A DNA stretch of 64,000 bases, taken from Spirulina sp. (GTDB taxonomy: Bacteria > Cyanobacteriota > Cyanobacteriia > Phormidesmidales > Phormidesmidaceae). The notes beneath the pieces are model-generated. The model saw nothing but the letters and a program-made list of their open reading frames with translations. It was not told where the DNA came from and searched no databases. The stretch is from contig JBIPSI010000011.1 in the NCBI GenBank assembly GCA_044070495.1, forward strand, positions 91,856-155,855. Reading direction: 5' to 3'. The position numbers and the translations under genes were made by a program. Below are positions 42,873 to 54,360 of the stretch, piece after piece (within the stretch, counting starts at the first letter, position 1; each line of letters opens with the position of its first letter).

Positions 42873-43274
42873 ATGAAAACCCTACTTTCTCGCCTGTTCG
42901 CGCTAATGCTCGTTGCGGTCATTGGCCTCACCGGTTGCAGCGCCGGCACTAGCGGCCTGCTCACCGGAAATTATCGCCAAGATACCCTTATGTTGGTGGA
43001 TAGCCTCCGAACCGCCATCACCCTCCCCGACGACGATCCTGCCAAGGCCGAGGCCCAGGCAGAAGCCAAAGTGGTCATTAGTGATTTTGCTTCTCGCTAT
43101 CGTCGGGACGCTTCGGTAGCGAATTTAAGCTCCTTTACCACCATGCGCACTGCTTTAAATGCCATCGCAGGTCACTACAGTTCCTATCCAAATCGTCCAT
43201 TGCCCGACAAACTCAAGACCCGCGTCGAGCAAGAACTCAAGCAAGTTGAAGCCGCACTGAAGCGAGAAGCCTAA
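42873..43274 (+). CDS. psb27: Photosystem II lipoprotein Psb27
   Basis: Lipobox LTGC, SFTTMRTALNAIAGHYSSY. Confidence 0.95.
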   Translation: MKTLLSRLFALMLVAVIGLTGCSAGTSGLLTGNYRQDTLMLVDSLRTAITLPDDDPAKAEAQAEAKVVISDFASRYRRDASVANLSSFTTMRTALNAIAGHYSSYPNRPLPDKLKTRVEQELKQVEAALKREA

Positions 43275-43310
43275 TCGAGTCCTACCGCACCAAGGGCTAA
43301 AGCAGGCCCT

Positions 43311-43336
43311 AAAACCCGCCAATAGCGGGTTTTTTT
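43311..43336 (+). terminator. Intrinsic terminator after psb27
   Basis: AAAACCCGC-CAATA-GCGGGTTTTTTTT. Confidence 0.85.
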
Positions 43337-43433
43337 AATCCCGACTGGTTGTGCTTTCAGGCCTCCGTCCTTTTCGAGGGCCAGGGCTAGCCTCCCGGCT
43401 ACGCTGTTAAACCCCTAGGCCATAAATCTACAT

Positions 43434-43463
43434 TTGACGATTCGGACACTGCTTTGCTAGGAT
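43434..43463 (+). promoter_or_regulatory. Sigma70-type promoter for the rpmJ operon
   Basis: TTGACG-N18-TAGGAT with TG extension, 30 nt upstream of rpmJ. Confidence 0.55.
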
Positions 43464-43493
43464 AGCAATTCTGTAGTGAAGTGCGAGTTGGGC

Positions 43494-43607
43494 ATGAAAG
43501 TCCGTGCATCTGTTCGCAAAATGTGCGACAAGTGTCGAGTCATTCGTCGTCGAGGGCGAGTGATGGTGATTTGTTCTAATCCTAAGCATAAGCAACGCCA
43601 AGGTTAG
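43494..43607 (+). CDS. rpmJ: 50S ribosomal protein L36 (below the ORF-track size cutoff)
   Basis: [37 protein letters not shown]. Confidence 0.98.
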   Translation: MKVRASVRKMCDKCRVIRRRGRVMVICSNPKHKQRQG

Positions 43608-43788
43608 CTGGCTTGGGTCTGGTGAGCTTAATAGCCTTGCCAGAGATAGACATTAGATAGATATCGGAAAACTCTGTCGTTTTCTTGGATTAGTGCCTCT
43701 GGCGCTAGGCGGCTCTGTGAGACAGCCCTTTTGGGCGAGCAGCATCATAGCTGTGAAATCAAACTCAACGTTTGGGGAGATAGTTTAG

Positions 43789-44172
43789 GTGGCACGGATA
43801 GCAGGCGTGGACTTGCCACGCGACAAACGAGTTGAAATTGGGCTGACCTATATCTACGGTATTGGCCTTACCCGTTCTAAGGAAATTCTTGCAAAAACCG
43901 GTGTGAGCCCTGACGTTAGAGTCAAGGATTTGACCGACGTAGATGTTGCAAAGTTGCGGGATACCGTCGAGAGCGACTATCAGGTCGAGGGGGATCTACG
44001 TCGTCTTGAAGGAATGAACATCAAGCGATTGATGGATATCGGTTCCTACCGTGGACGACGTCACAGAGCTGGACTACCCGTCAGAGGACAACGCACCCGC
44101 ACTAACTCTCGCACCCGTCGAGGCGGAACGCGTCGGACGGTAGCCGGTAAAAAGAAAGCGCCCAAGAAGTAA
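43789..44172 (+). CDS. rpsM: 30S ribosomal protein S13
   Basis: [21 protein letters not shown]. Confidence 0.98.
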   Translation: MARIAGVDLPRDKRVEIGLTYIYGIGLTRSKEILAKTGVSPDVRVKDLTDVDVAKLRDTVESDYQVEGDLRRLEGMNIKRLMDIGSYRGRRHRAGLPVRGQRTRTNSRTRRGGTRRTVAGKKKAPKK

Positions 44173-44220
44173 AGCCTAGCTTTAGCTTTGGGATTCTTCC
44201 CAGAGCACCTGTGATAGGTA

Positions 44221-44250
44221 AAGCTCGCTGACATCAGTAGCGAGTTTTTT
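44221..44250 (+). terminator. Terminator-like hairpin between rpsM and rpsK
   Basis: AAGCTCGCT-GACATCAGT-AGCGAGTTTTTT. Confidence 0.55.
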
Positions 44251-44297
44251 GACTGTCTATTGATTGTCGATGTTTATTTTGATTTAGTGACAGCACC

Positions 44298-44690
44298 ATG
44301 GCCAAACCAACCCGAAAGACTGGTCCGCGCAAAAGCAAGAAGAATATTCCCAGCGGCGTTGCCCATATCCGTTCCACCTTCAACAACACCATTGTGACCA
44401 TCACCGATCAATCTGGTGAAGCTATTTCTTGGGCTTCGGCAGGGTCGAGCGGATTCAAAGGGGCTAAGAAGGGAACTCCTTTCGCAGCCCAAACTGCTGC
44501 TGATAGCGCAGCGCGTCGGGCTATGGATCAGGGAATGCGACAAATTGAGGTCATGGTCAGCGGGCCTGGTGCAGGTCGTGAAACGGCAATTCGGGCTCTT
44601 CAAGGAGCTGGTCTTGAGATCACCTTGATTCGTGATGTCACGCCTATTCCTCACAACGGCTGCCGCCCCCCTAAACGGCGTCGGGTCTAG
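44298..44690 (+). CDS. rpsK: 30S ribosomal protein S11
   Basis: [27 protein letters not shown]. Confidence 0.98.
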   Translation: MAKPTRKTGPRKSKKNIPSGVAHIRSTFNNTIVTITDQSGEAISWASAGSSGFKGAKKGTPFAAQTAADSAARRAMDQGMRQIEVMVSGPGAGRETAIRALQGAGLEITLIRDVTPIPHNGCRPPKRRRV

Positions 44691-44750
44691 GACAGTGGAA
44701 TTGTTTATCTGTCCAGCTAGGATCTATCGAGGATGAAGGGAGACGGCACC

Positions 44751-45701
44751 GTGGCACAGTTTCATGTAGATTGTATCGAGTCAATAGTAGAGGCGGATCA
44801 AGGGCAGTACGGACGTTTTGTCATCGAGCCCTTAGAGCGCAGCCAAGGTATCACCGTGGGCAATGCTCTTAGGCGAGTTCTCCTCTCCAACTTGGAGGGA
44901 GTGGCTATCACCGCTGTACGCATTGCTGGGGCTACCCACGAGTTTTCCACCATTACTGGCGTACGAGAAGATGTGCTCGATATTCTCCTAAATATGAAGG
45001 AGATTATTCTCAGGAGTCATTCTAGTCAGTCTCAAATTGGCCGCTTACTAGTACAGGGGCCAGCCAGGGTGACTGCGGGTCACTTTGATCTGCCTTCCGA
45101 GGTTGAGGTTGTCAATCCTAATCAGTATATCGCCACCGTTGCCGAGGGACATACGTTGGAGATGGAATTTAGGATTGAGCGTGGGCAAGGCTACCGAGCG
45201 GTAGACCGTAGTAAGGATGACGCTACAGCCCTCGATTTTATCCAGATTGATTCCGTGTTCATGCCCGTGCGGAAGGTTAACTACACTGTGGACGAGGTAG
45301 TGGTCTCTGGTTCGATGCAACGAGACCAACTCACTATGGATATCTGGACTAATGGCAGTATTACCCCCCAGCAGGCCATCAGTCAGGCTGCCGATATTCT
45401 AGTCAGTCTCTTCATACCGCTTAAGGACGTTACCCTTGAGCCCAAGTTTGATGATGATGAGAAGGTAGCAGACGATCCTAACAACCAGATTCCCATCGAA
45501 GAGTTGCGGTTGTCTGTACGAGCCTATAACTGTCTCAAGCGTGCTCAAATCAACTCTGTGGCTGATCTCTTGGATTTCAGCCAGGAAGATTTGCTAGAGA
45601 TCAAAAACTTTGGTCAAAAGTCTGCCGAAGAAGTGATCGAGGCTCTCCAAGAGCGGCTTGGCATTACCTTGCCCTTAGAAAAAGCGTCCAAGACCCCATA
45701 G
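44751..45701 (+). CDS. rpoA: DNA-directed RNA polymerase subunit alpha
   Basis: GNALRRVLL, LSVRAYNCLKRA, NFGQKS; GTG at 44751 has an SD (alternative ATG at 44733). Confidence 0.98.
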   Translation: MAQFHVDCIESIVEADQGQYGRFVIEPLERSQGITVGNALRRVLLSNLEGVAITAVRIAGATHEFSTITGVREDVLDILLNMKEIILRSHSSQSQIGRLLVQGPARVTAGHFDLPSEVEVVNPNQYIATVAEGHTLEMEFRIERGQGYRAVDRSKDDATALDFIQIDSVFMPVRKVNYTVDEVVVSGSMQRDQLTMDIWTNGSITPQQAISQAADILVSLFIPLKDVTLEPKFDDDEKVADDPNNQIPIEELRLSVRAYNCLKRAQINSVADLLDFSQEDLLEIKNFGQKSAEEVIEALQERLGITLPLEKASKTP

Positions 45702-45785
45702 AAACACCGCCGTATCGTCGTCATCATCGGTGCGGCAGTGCTTTCTTGTAGTTGTTTTTCCTATTGTTCACCTGAGTTAAGAGCC

Positions 45786-46136
45786 ATGCGTCACCGTTGT
45801 CGCGTTCACCAATTAGGCAAGCCTGCCGACCAACGCAAAGCCCTCCTGAGGGCACTAACCACTGAGTTGATCCGTCACGGACGGATTACCACGACCAAGG
45901 CCCGGGCCCAAGCCGTGCGAGAAGAGGTTGATCGTATGATCACCTTGGCCAAGGACGGCTCCCTGCCTGCTCGTCGCCGCGCCCTAGGTTACATGTACGA
46001 CAAGCAGCTTGTTCATGCCCTTTTCAGCGAAGCCCCTGAGCGTTACGCAGAGCGCCAAGGTGGCTATACCCGCATCCTAAAGACGATGCGGCGTCGGGGA
46101 GACAACTCCGAAATGGCGATCATTGAGCTTACCTAA
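45786..46136 (+). CDS. rplQ: 50S ribosomal protein L17
   Basis: MRHRCRV, GGYTRI, RRGDN. Confidence 0.98.
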   Translation: MRHRCRVHQLGKPADQRKALLRALTTELIRHGRITTTKARAQAVREEVDRMITLAKDGSLPARRRALGYMYDKQLVHALFSEAPERYAERQGGYTRILKTMRRRGDNSEMAIIELT

Positions 46137-46169
46137 ACGTCACTGTAGCGGCTGTTTTTTCTGTTAGCC

Positions 46170-47039
46170 ATGTCAAAAATGTCCCCTATCCAGCGCAGTC
46201 TTGCCTGCAACCCTACTGAGTTTGGTCAGCCAACTCAGCGGGTTGCTTTGGTTGTGCAGTATGTGGGTACTAACCTCCATGGTTGGCAGTGGCAGCCCAA
46301 TGCTAGAACCGTGCAGGGAGAGCTAGAGCAATCCTTGGCTTCGGTGGTGGGTCGCCCCATCCGAGTTAGTGGTGCAGGGCGGACGGATACGGGAGTACAT
46401 GCCGCAGCTCAGGTTGCTCATTTTGATGCTCCTGCCTTCATTCCGGCCCATCGCTGGGCTGATGTTTTGAACGCCCGCTTGCCCCAGGATATTCTCATCC
46501 GTGCTTCGACACAGGTCGAGGATGCGTGGCACGCTCAGTTCTCAGCTCAGTGGCGGCGGTATCGCTATACCCTCTATACGAGTGCTCGCCCCAACCTGTT
46601 TGTGCGACCCTTTGTGTGGCACTACCACCATCAAGATCTCGATCAAGCTAAGGTGCAAGTCGCCCTAGACACCTTGGTGGGCTATCACGATATGACAGCC
46701 TTTCATCGAGCCCGTTCTGGCAAATCCCACTCCTGGGTTGATCTCCAAGAAGCCACATGTCAGCGTCAGGGAGACTTCCTAATGGTCGAACTCCAGGCCA
46801 AGGGTTTTTTGTACGGCATGGTCAGGCTAATCATGGGCTTACTGGTCAAGGTGGGGCAGGGTGAGATGTCGCCAGGGATGTTCCATCAGCTTTGGCGGGA
46901 ACGGCGACGGGATCAGGTAAAATACTCGGCCCCAGCCCAAGGGTTATGTTTGCTTAGGGTGGGCTATCAGCCCTCTCCCTTTCCCCGCGATGTCTGGTTC
47001 GACGCTCAGCCTCAGTTTTATTTGGGGGCCGTCGCCTAA
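46170..47039 (+). CDS. truA: tRNA pseudouridine(38-40) synthase TruA
   Basis: GAGRTDTGVHA, FLYGMVR, APAQGLCL. Confidence 0.97.
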   Translation: MSKMSPIQRSLACNPTEFGQPTQRVALVVQYVGTNLHGWQWQPNARTVQGELEQSLASVVGRPIRVSGAGRTDTGVHAAAQVAHFDAPAFIPAHRWADVLNARLPQDILIRASTQVEDAWHAQFSAQWRRYRYTLYTSARPNLFVRPFVWHYHHQDLDQAKVQVALDTLVGYHDMTAFHRARSGKSHSWVDLQEATCQRQGDFLMVELQAKGFLYGMVRLIMGLLVKVGQGEMSPGMFHQLWRERRRDQVKYSAPAQGLCLLRVGYQPSPFPRDVWFDAQPQFYLGAVA

Positions 47040-47103
47040 TCAGACCCATTTGGCCTCGGTGCGAAGTTTCTGAAGTAACGCCTAAACAACGGATAACAGT
47101 GCA

Positions 47104-47562
47104 ATGACAACGAAAACCTATATTCCTCCCCAAGCGTCCATTGATCGTCAGTGGTACGTCGTTGATGCCGCAGGCCAACGCCTAGGTCGTTTGGCCACCG
47201 AAATCGCCTCCATTCTGCGGGGCAAAAATAAGCCGACCTTCACCCCTAATATGGATACGGGGGACTTTGTGATTGTGGTGAACGCAGACAAAGTCGTGGT
47301 CACCGGTCGAAAGGCAACCACCAAGCTGTATCGACGTCATTCTGGCCGTCCTGGTGGGATGAAAACCGAGACCTTTGATAAGCTCCAGGCTCGCATTCCC
47401 GGACGGATTATTGAACAAGCGGTGAAGGGGATGTTGCCCAAAACCACTTTGGGGCGTCAACAGTTTACCAAGTTGAAGGTCTATGCTGGGCCGGATCATC
47501 CCCACCAAGCTCAGTCTCCCCAAGCTCTTGTTATCAACACTATTCCTGGAGAAGTGAAGTAA
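47104..47562 (+). CDS. rplM: 50S ribosomal protein L13
   Basis: [20 protein letters not shown]. Confidence 0.98.
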   Translation: MTTKTYIPPQASIDRQWYVVDAAGQRLGRLATEIASILRGKNKPTFTPNMDTGDFVIVVNADKVVVTGRKATTKLYRRHSGRPGGMKTETFDKLQARIPGRIIEQAVKGMLPKTTLGRQQFTKLKVYAGPDHPHQAQSPQALVINTIPGEVK

Positions 47563-47975
47563 TGCAGGCCACCGATCAATCTGAACGCGCAGTGTACTGG
47601 GGCACCGGTCGTAGGAAGTCCGCTATCGCTCGCGTGCGTCTAGTACCGGGTAGCGGGCAACTGACCATTAATAAGCGCCCCGGCGACGAATATCTTCAAT
47701 TTAACCCGTCCTATTTGACATCCACCAAGGCTCCCCTAGAGGTGCTAGGTCTAGAGAACGACTACGATATTTTGGTGAATGTTAAAGGTGGCGGTTTGAC
47801 AGGTCAAGCTGATGCGATTCGCCTTGGCGTAGCTCGAGCGCTCTGTGAACTGGCTCCTGAGAATCGTAAGCCCCTCAAAGTTGAGGGTTATCTGACCCGT
47901 GATCCGCGTGCTAAGGAGCGGAAGAAGTATGGTCTGAAGAAAGCCCGTAAGGCTCCTCAGTTCTCCAAGCGTTAA
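47562..47975 (+). CDS. rpsI: 30S ribosomal protein S9
   Basis: [26 protein letters not shown]. Confidence 0.98.
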   Translation: MQATDQSERAVYWGTGRRKSAIARVRLVPGSGQLTINKRPGDEYLQFNPSYLTSTKAPLEVLGLENDYDILVNVKGGGLTGQADAIRLGVARALCELAPENRKPLKVEGYLTRDPRAKERKKYGLKKARKAPQFSKR

Positions 47976-48039
47976 TTTCTAGGAATTGCCCTTTAGCAGG
48001 GTTTTCCCTTTTTTGTTTCTATCCTTTTTGGCATCAGCA

Positions 48040-48279
48040 ATGGCTAAGTCTGACATTCATCCCACCTGGTATCCAGAGGCTAAGGTTTTCTGTGATGGCC
48101 AAGAAATTATGACCGTTGGTTCTACCAAGCCCGAACTTCACGTCGATGTGTGGTCCGGAAATCACCCCTTTTATACGGGCACTCAAAAAATCATCGATAC
48201 TGAAGGTCGAGTTGAGCGCTTCTTGCGGAAGTATGGCATGGCCGATACGTCGGCAACCAAACAGGACGATAAAGCTTAG
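48040..48279 (+). CDS. rpmE: 50S ribosomal protein L31
   Basis: DIHPTWY, HPFYTGTQK, EGRVERF. Confidence 0.97.
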   Translation: MAKSDIHPTWYPEAKVFCDGQEIMTVGSTKPELHVDVWSGNHPFYTGTQKIIDTEGRVERFLRKYGMADTSATKQDDKA

Positions 48280-48354
48280 CCTCCTGCGCCAACGAATCCC
48301 TGGGTTTCATCATTGAACTCAGGATCGACAGCAGCAGGACTTTGAGGCGGTTAA

Positions 48355-49488
<1,134 letters not shown>

Positions 49489-49509
49489 GTGAACGCTAGA
49501 GGTTACCCC

Positions 49510-50781
49510 ATGGCTAGGTTTTTGCATATTGCCGACATTCATCTGGGGTTCGACCGCTACAGCAGCCCTGAGCGCACCAAAGATTTTTTTCGCGCTCTCA
49601 AAGAAACCTTGGAGCGTTATGCCATCCAGGAAAATGTAGACTTTGTCGTGATTGCGGGCGATCTCTTCGAGCACCGTAACATTAAGCCTGCCACACTCAA
49701 CCAAGCACAGCTTTGTCTCCAGGCTCTACAAAAGGCCAATATTCCGGTGTTTGCCATTGAGGGCAACCATGACAATCGACCCTACGGCACCGTCACCAGT
49801 TGGCTAAAGTATCTTTCGGAATGGGGGCTGTTGATGTTTCTGGAGCCTCAGGATCCGAAGCATGGGGAGGATTTCCTCGTGCCGTGGAATCCCCAAACCC
49901 GCACGGGTAGTTATTACGACCTAGACTGCGGTGTGCGGGTCATTGGATCCAACTGGTATGGTTCTACGGCCCCTAGGGCGATTGAGCAAATGGCGGAAGC
50001 GATTCAGGCTTTACCCCCTGGGCCTGCCACGACCGTTCTGATGTTTCACCACGGGTTGGAAGGACAAATTGCTCGCTACGCAGGGGCGTTGCGCTACAGC
50101 GATCTCCTACCGCTCAGGACGGCTGGGGTGGATTACCTGGCGCTGGGCCATATTCACCGCCAGTACGAGGTTGAGGGCTGGGTGTTTAATCCGGGTTCCC
50201 TGGAGGCCAACAATGTGGAGGAGAGCCTCCATCGGCGGGGAGCCTATTTGGCGGAAGTCACGGATCAGGGATTGCAGGCGGAATTGCAAACCGATTATTT
50301 TCAGCGCCCGATTCTTCGGCTTGAGGTGACGGCCAAGGGTCATGAGAGTGTAGATGAGTTGTGTGCCCAATGTCACGAGGTTGTGGAAGGGGCGATTGGT
50401 AAACTCCCAGCGACGACGGTCAGCCCTATTCTAGAGCTGAGGATTACGGGCCAAGTCGGCTTTGATCGCCTTGACCTAGATACGCGCCGCCTCCAGGAAG
50501 AACTCAAAGACAGCAGCGGGGCGCTGTTTGTACTACTGAAGTACGACGCAGCGGCGGTGGCCTACGAAATGCCGATTCTCGAGGGCCAAAATCGTGTGGC
50601 CATTGAGCAGGGTATTTTTACCGATATGCTAGCGGCCCATCGAGATTACAAGGGTAGGGCGGAGCAGTTGGCTTTGGGCTTGACGGATCTGAAGGATCGA
50701 CAACTGGGCGGAGATAGTGAGGTTAATTTGTATCAGTTTGTCGGGACGCTCTTAGATTTAGACCTACCAGAAGGCGATTAA
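49510..50781 (+). CDS. Mre11/SbcD-like metallophosphoesterase (DNA repair exonuclease)
   Basis: HIADIHLG, AGDLF, EGNHD, ALGHIH, NPGS. Confidence 0.88.
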   Translation: MARFLHIADIHLGFDRYSSPERTKDFFRALKETLERYAIQENVDFVVIAGDLFEHRNIKPATLNQAQLCLQALQKANIPVFAIEGNHDNRPYGTVTSWLKYLSEWGLLMFLEPQDPKHGEDFLVPWNPQTRTGSYYDLDCGVRVIGSNWYGSTAPRAIEQMAEAIQALPPGPATTVLMFHHGLEGQIARYAGALRYSDLLPLRTAGVDYLALGHIHRQYEVEGWVFNPGSLEANNVEESLHRRGAYLAEVTDQGLQAELQTDYFQRPILRLEVTAKGHESVDELCAQCHEVVEGAIGKLPATTVSPILELRITGQVGFDRLDLDTRRLQEELKDSSGALFVLLKYDAAAVAYEMPILEGQNRVAIEQGIFTDMLAAHRDYKGRAEQLALGLTDLKDRQLGGDSEVNLYQFVGTLLDLDLPEGD

Positions 50782-51519
50782 GCTGCGTTGCTGCCAAATC
50801 ATGAGAAGGCCGCTGAAGGCGACGAAGGTATAGACCAGTTGCCGAAATTGCTGGGCTGAGAGCTTGGTTAGCACGATTTTACCGAGCCAATTGGCCGGAA
50901 TTGCGCCAAGGCCGATGACCAGCCCGTAGGCCAGATACTTCAGGTTGAGGGTGCCCAGTCCGGCATAGGCCACAATTTTGAGCACATGGAGCGTAACCTT
51001 GTGGACGGCTTTGGTAGCCACCATGGCTTCCTTGTCGAGGCCGTAGCCTAGGTAAAGGGGGTTCATGACCGGGCCAGTACTGCCAATCAAGCCTGAGCCA
51101 ATGGCGTTGACTAGGGAATAGGGTAAGAAATGCCAATCTTTGACGATGAATTGTGTCTCTTTTTTACCGAAAATCTCGTTGAGGAACATGGCCATAAGAC
51201 CGAGACCTAACACCAATTGGAGTCCTTCAGCATGGACATGGGTGAGGCCATAGCAACCAATTAGTGATCCAACCGCTGCCCCTGGGATATACCAGCGGGT
51301 CAGGGACCAATCGATGTGGGGCCAGAGGAGCAATCCCCGTTGGGCATTTCCGATGAGGAGACCGATGGTAATGACGGGGGCAACGGCTTGGGTGCCTAGG
51401 AGGAGTGAAATGAGCGGAATCAAGATGAAGGGGCTGCCACCGCCCGCCAACATGCTAAGAAACCAGGCCACAGCACTGGTAATGAACAGATAAAACGCGA
51501 TCATATTCGCAGGTGGCAA
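50764..51519 (-). CDS. Sulfite exporter TauE/SafE family membrane protein
   Basis: LAGGG..LIP, GLIGSTGP, MVATKA; about 8 TM helices. Confidence 0.85.
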   Translation of the reverse strand: MPPANMIAFYLFITSAVAWFLSMLAGGGSPFILIPLISLLLGTQAVAPVITIGLLIGNAQRGLLLWPHIDWSLTRWYIPGAAVGSLIGCYGLTHVHAEGLQLVLGLGLMAMFLNEIFGKKETQFIVKDWHFLPYSLVNAIGSGLIGSTGPVMNPLYLGYGLDKEAMVATKAVHKVTLHVLKIVAYAGLGTLNLKYLAYGLVIGLGAIPANWLGKIVLTKLSAQQFRQLVYTFVAFSGLLMIWQQRSLIAFW

Positions 51520-51673
51520 AGGCGAATTAAGTTTCTTTACCTGATCTTAAGTTTAGAGGCTTGACCTCTTCCCTGACTAGCGCATTCTGGTGGCTTTGAT
51601 CGAGAGTTGGGCGAGATTGGCTAGAGTTATGTCGTGGGAGAGTCCTGAATCTTGAATTTGTTGAAAGGGGGCA

Positions 51674-54115
51674 ATGCCGATGGCTGAAGCTTCGGAACCG
51701 CAAGATCCGTCCCGTCGCCTTGGGGATAAGCCAGTCGTAGCGAAGCCTACTGTGGCTGCCGATCTGTATCGCCAGGGCGTAGCGGCGTTTAAGCAGGGAC
51801 TTCACCAGGAGGCCCTGGATCACTTTCAGCAATTAGTTCAACTCCCAACCGCCACGCCCCAGTGGCAGTTGAAGGGGCGCATGGGGTTAATTACCGCACA
51901 GCGACGGCTGGGGCAGATCGATCAAGCCCGTGAGGGATGCCAGCTTGTCTTGGCGAGTGGTATCCCTGAGGCACGGCAATGGGCTGAGTCGATGTTGGCC
52001 GAACTGCCGCCCCTAGAAACGGCGTTACCGACGGCGCCCGCTTCACATCCTGGGGCAGATCCCACAGGATTCATGCCCTTGGAACCGTCGCCCCAGCCAT
52101 TGAGCACCCCTAAATCCAACGTTCCGGTCAATCAGCAGCCACAAGGATTGCCAGCCATATCTCTAAAGCCACCAAACTCGGTCTCAGCGTTAGAGAACGT
52201 TGGGGATGGAGCTAGTTCGCCGCCAACGGGGCCATCCCTGTTTCATTACCAAAACCTTAATCAGAGCACCCATCCTGACCCCCTGGAAGACAATCCCCCG
52301 CCCCAGGAACCGAACTTCGAGACTTCCGGGTCTGGAGTCCCTAGCAACGCCACCACGACATCTCCATCTAACTCCGCCCCATCCCAGCGGGTACAGCGTC
52401 AACTACCCTTACCAACGCCCTATGGACTATGGGCCGCTCAGATCATCACAACCCTGGCGGTGCTGTGGGTAACGATAACAGGCCTGCATGGGCTGCTGCG
52501 TGGCGTGAATACCCTGCTACGTCAGGTGACTTGGCCCCTCAATCTAGGAGGAATAGGCTGGCTGGTTCGGGACTTTACCGTGCCAGTAACCCTCCTCTTT
52601 TTGGGGCTGATGGTCAGTAGTCCTTGGTGGATGGATAGCCTGCTTGCCCAGTTCTACGGCCAGCAGCCCCTCACCCCCCGCCAACTGCAAGGGCAACACC
52701 CAGAGTTCCTTCGGCAGTTGCGCCAGCGGTGTCAGCAGCAGGGCTGGTATCTGCCGGAGTTGCGGCTGCTGCCCGATCAGGCACCCCTGTGCTTCAGCTA
52801 TGGTTGGCGACCGCGTCATCTACGGATTGTGATCAGCCAGGGCCTGCTGAATAGCGGTGATGAGGAGATCCTAAGTACCCTGTGCGCCTACGAGCTAGCC
52901 CACCTGATCAACCGTTCCACAGCGGTTATCTCTGGATTGGGGGGCCTGCTACTGGCCCTGCATACCCTCTACAGATACTTAGCCTTGGCCGGGGAGCGTT
53001 CCTCTGGCTGGCTGACCTTGCCGATTAGGGGCTTGGCCCAGATTTTCTACGGCCTCTTTTGGAGCCTGAGGCGGGGAGTGCTTTGGCTTTCCAGGCTCCG
53101 TAGTGGCTGGGCCGACCGTCGCGTTGATGCCCTGCTCCAGCAGCCCGATCTTCAGCAGCGCAGCCTCGGTTGGCTAGCCCATCAGCTTCCGACATACCTC
53201 TCCCAGCAGGGAACCCTACCTTCCCTTTGGTGGAGCTTAGACGTGCTGATGCCCCTAAGTCCCCATGCAGCCCTTAGCCCTGGCAGTTTTGCCCCCGACT
53301 TGGGAGAAACCGCCACAACCCTCAATGACTGGGCCAACCCCTACCGCCACTGGCTCGTCGGGGGATCTTCCCATGTGCCCCTAGGGGAACGCCTGCTCTG
53401 GCTCAGCCAGCGGGCACTCCACCGCCAGCAGTCCAACCTTAACGTGGCGGAAGCCATGACAGCACTTCCACCCGCCCTCTCGATTCCTCGGCTCATGCTT
53501 CAGAAAAGCCCCATACTGGGCTTGATCATCGGTGGAGGCATCGCCCTAGGGTTTTGGTTTATTGGGGGCTTGGTGATGCGATTTGGCTGGCAGCGCCTAA
53601 GTTGGTGGTACCAGGACACTAGCTTGTTATACGGAGGAATCTTTCTAGGGCTAGGACTGGGGCTATTAGTTCGGATCAACGCCCTCTACCCCGACATTCC
53701 ATCCACGCAGACGGTCTCTGATGCCCGCCGTCTCCTAGGGGCTATCGATCAACTGCCCGTAGAGGGAGAACCCTGCCGCCTATCGGGCACCCTAATCGGA
53801 TCCCTAGGTGCCCCCCAGGGACAGAATGTCTACCTAGCCACCTTGGGCGGTGTCGTCAAACTCGGATTTTCTTCGCCGCAACCCGGGCTGTGGGAACTGC
53901 GCCAAACATCGTCCCCCCTCAAGCAATGGACTGGGCGGCCTGTCATAGTATCGGGCTGGCGACGGCGAAGCGATGGCATTCTATGGCTAGATGTCGCCAC
54001 GATTAGCCTTGCCTCCCAGCGACAATCGGTTACCATTGCGGCCCCAATGTGGTCAACCCTAGTGAGCCTAGGACTTTGCCTAGGGGGTATTTTCATTATC
54101 TGGGCAGGAATCTAG
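51674..54115 (+). CDS. M48/HtpX-like membrane peptidase homolog with N-terminal TPR and Pro-rich linker
   Basis: APLCFSYG, RIVISQGLL, YELAH, SSHVPLGERL. Confidence 0.75.
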   Translation: MPMAEASEPQDPSRRLGDKPVVAKPTVAADLYRQGVAAFKQGLHQEALDHFQQLVQLPTATPQWQLKGRMGLITAQRRLGQIDQAREGCQLVLASGIPEARQWAESMLAELPPLETALPTAPASHPGADPTGFMPLEPSPQPLSTPKSNVPVNQQPQGLPAISLKPPNSVSALENVGDGASSPPTGPSLFHYQNLNQSTHPDPLEDNPPPQEPNFETSGSGVPSNATTTSPSNSAPSQRVQRQLPLPTPYGLWAAQIITTLAVLWVTITGLHGLLRGVNTLLRQVTWPLNLGGIGWLVRDFTVPVTLLFLGLMVSSPWWMDSLLAQFYGQQPLTPRQLQGQHPEFLRQLRQRCQQQGWYLPELRLLPDQAPLCFSYGWRPRHLRIVISQGLLNSGDEEILSTLCAYELAHLINRSTAVISGLGGLLLALHTLYRYLALAGERSSGWLTLPIRGLAQIFYGLFWSLRRGVLWLSRLRSGWADRRVDALLQQPDLQQRSLGWLAHQLPTYLSQQGTLPSLWWSLDVLMPLSPHAALSPGSFAPDLGETATTLNDWANPYRHWLVGGSSHVPLGERLLWLSQRALHRQQSNLNVAEAMTALPPALSIPRLMLQKSPILGLIIGGGIALGFWFIGGLVMRFGWQRLSWWYQDTSLLYGGIFLGLGLGLLVRINALYPDIPSTQTVSDARRLLGAIDQLPVEGEPCRLSGTLIGSLGAPQGQNVYLATLGGVVKLGFSSPQPGLWELRQTSSPLKQWTGRPVIVSGWRRRSDGILWLDVATISLASQRQSVTIAAPMWSTLVSLGLCLGGIFIIWAGI

Positions 54116-54219
54116 GGACAGAAGCAAACCTTCCTGCATCGACTGATGCCCCCAACCAACTCAACCTAGGAGCAGATTTTCTAGCTTTTTATATCATGTT
54201 GCGAAATGCCTGCACTAAT

Positions 54220-54237
54220 GTTACATTTGTTTACGAA
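54220..54237 (+). promoter_or_regulatory. HLR1-like (RpaB-binding) direct repeat
   Basis: GTTACATT-tg-TTTACGAA versus consensus (G/T)TTACA(T/A)(T/A)-N2-(G/T)TTACA(T/A)(T/A); one mismatch. Confidence 0.55.
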
Positions 54238-54239
54238 AT

Positions 54240-54360
54240 CCGATGCCTTCGTTTGCTCGGCTAGTTCAGGGTTGAACTGGACGATGGTTTAGTGCTCGTA
54301 GGTATCAGGTTCTCCTACTCTCAACACAGCAAATGAGCCAGCCTGCAAGGGCTGGTTTTT
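54240..54360 (+). ncRNA. Candidate trans-acting sRNA (5' end uncertain)
   Basis: Intergenic; CU-rich GUUCUCCUACUCUC followed by terminator AGCCAGCCU-GCAA-GGGCUGGUUUUU. Confidence 0.45.
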
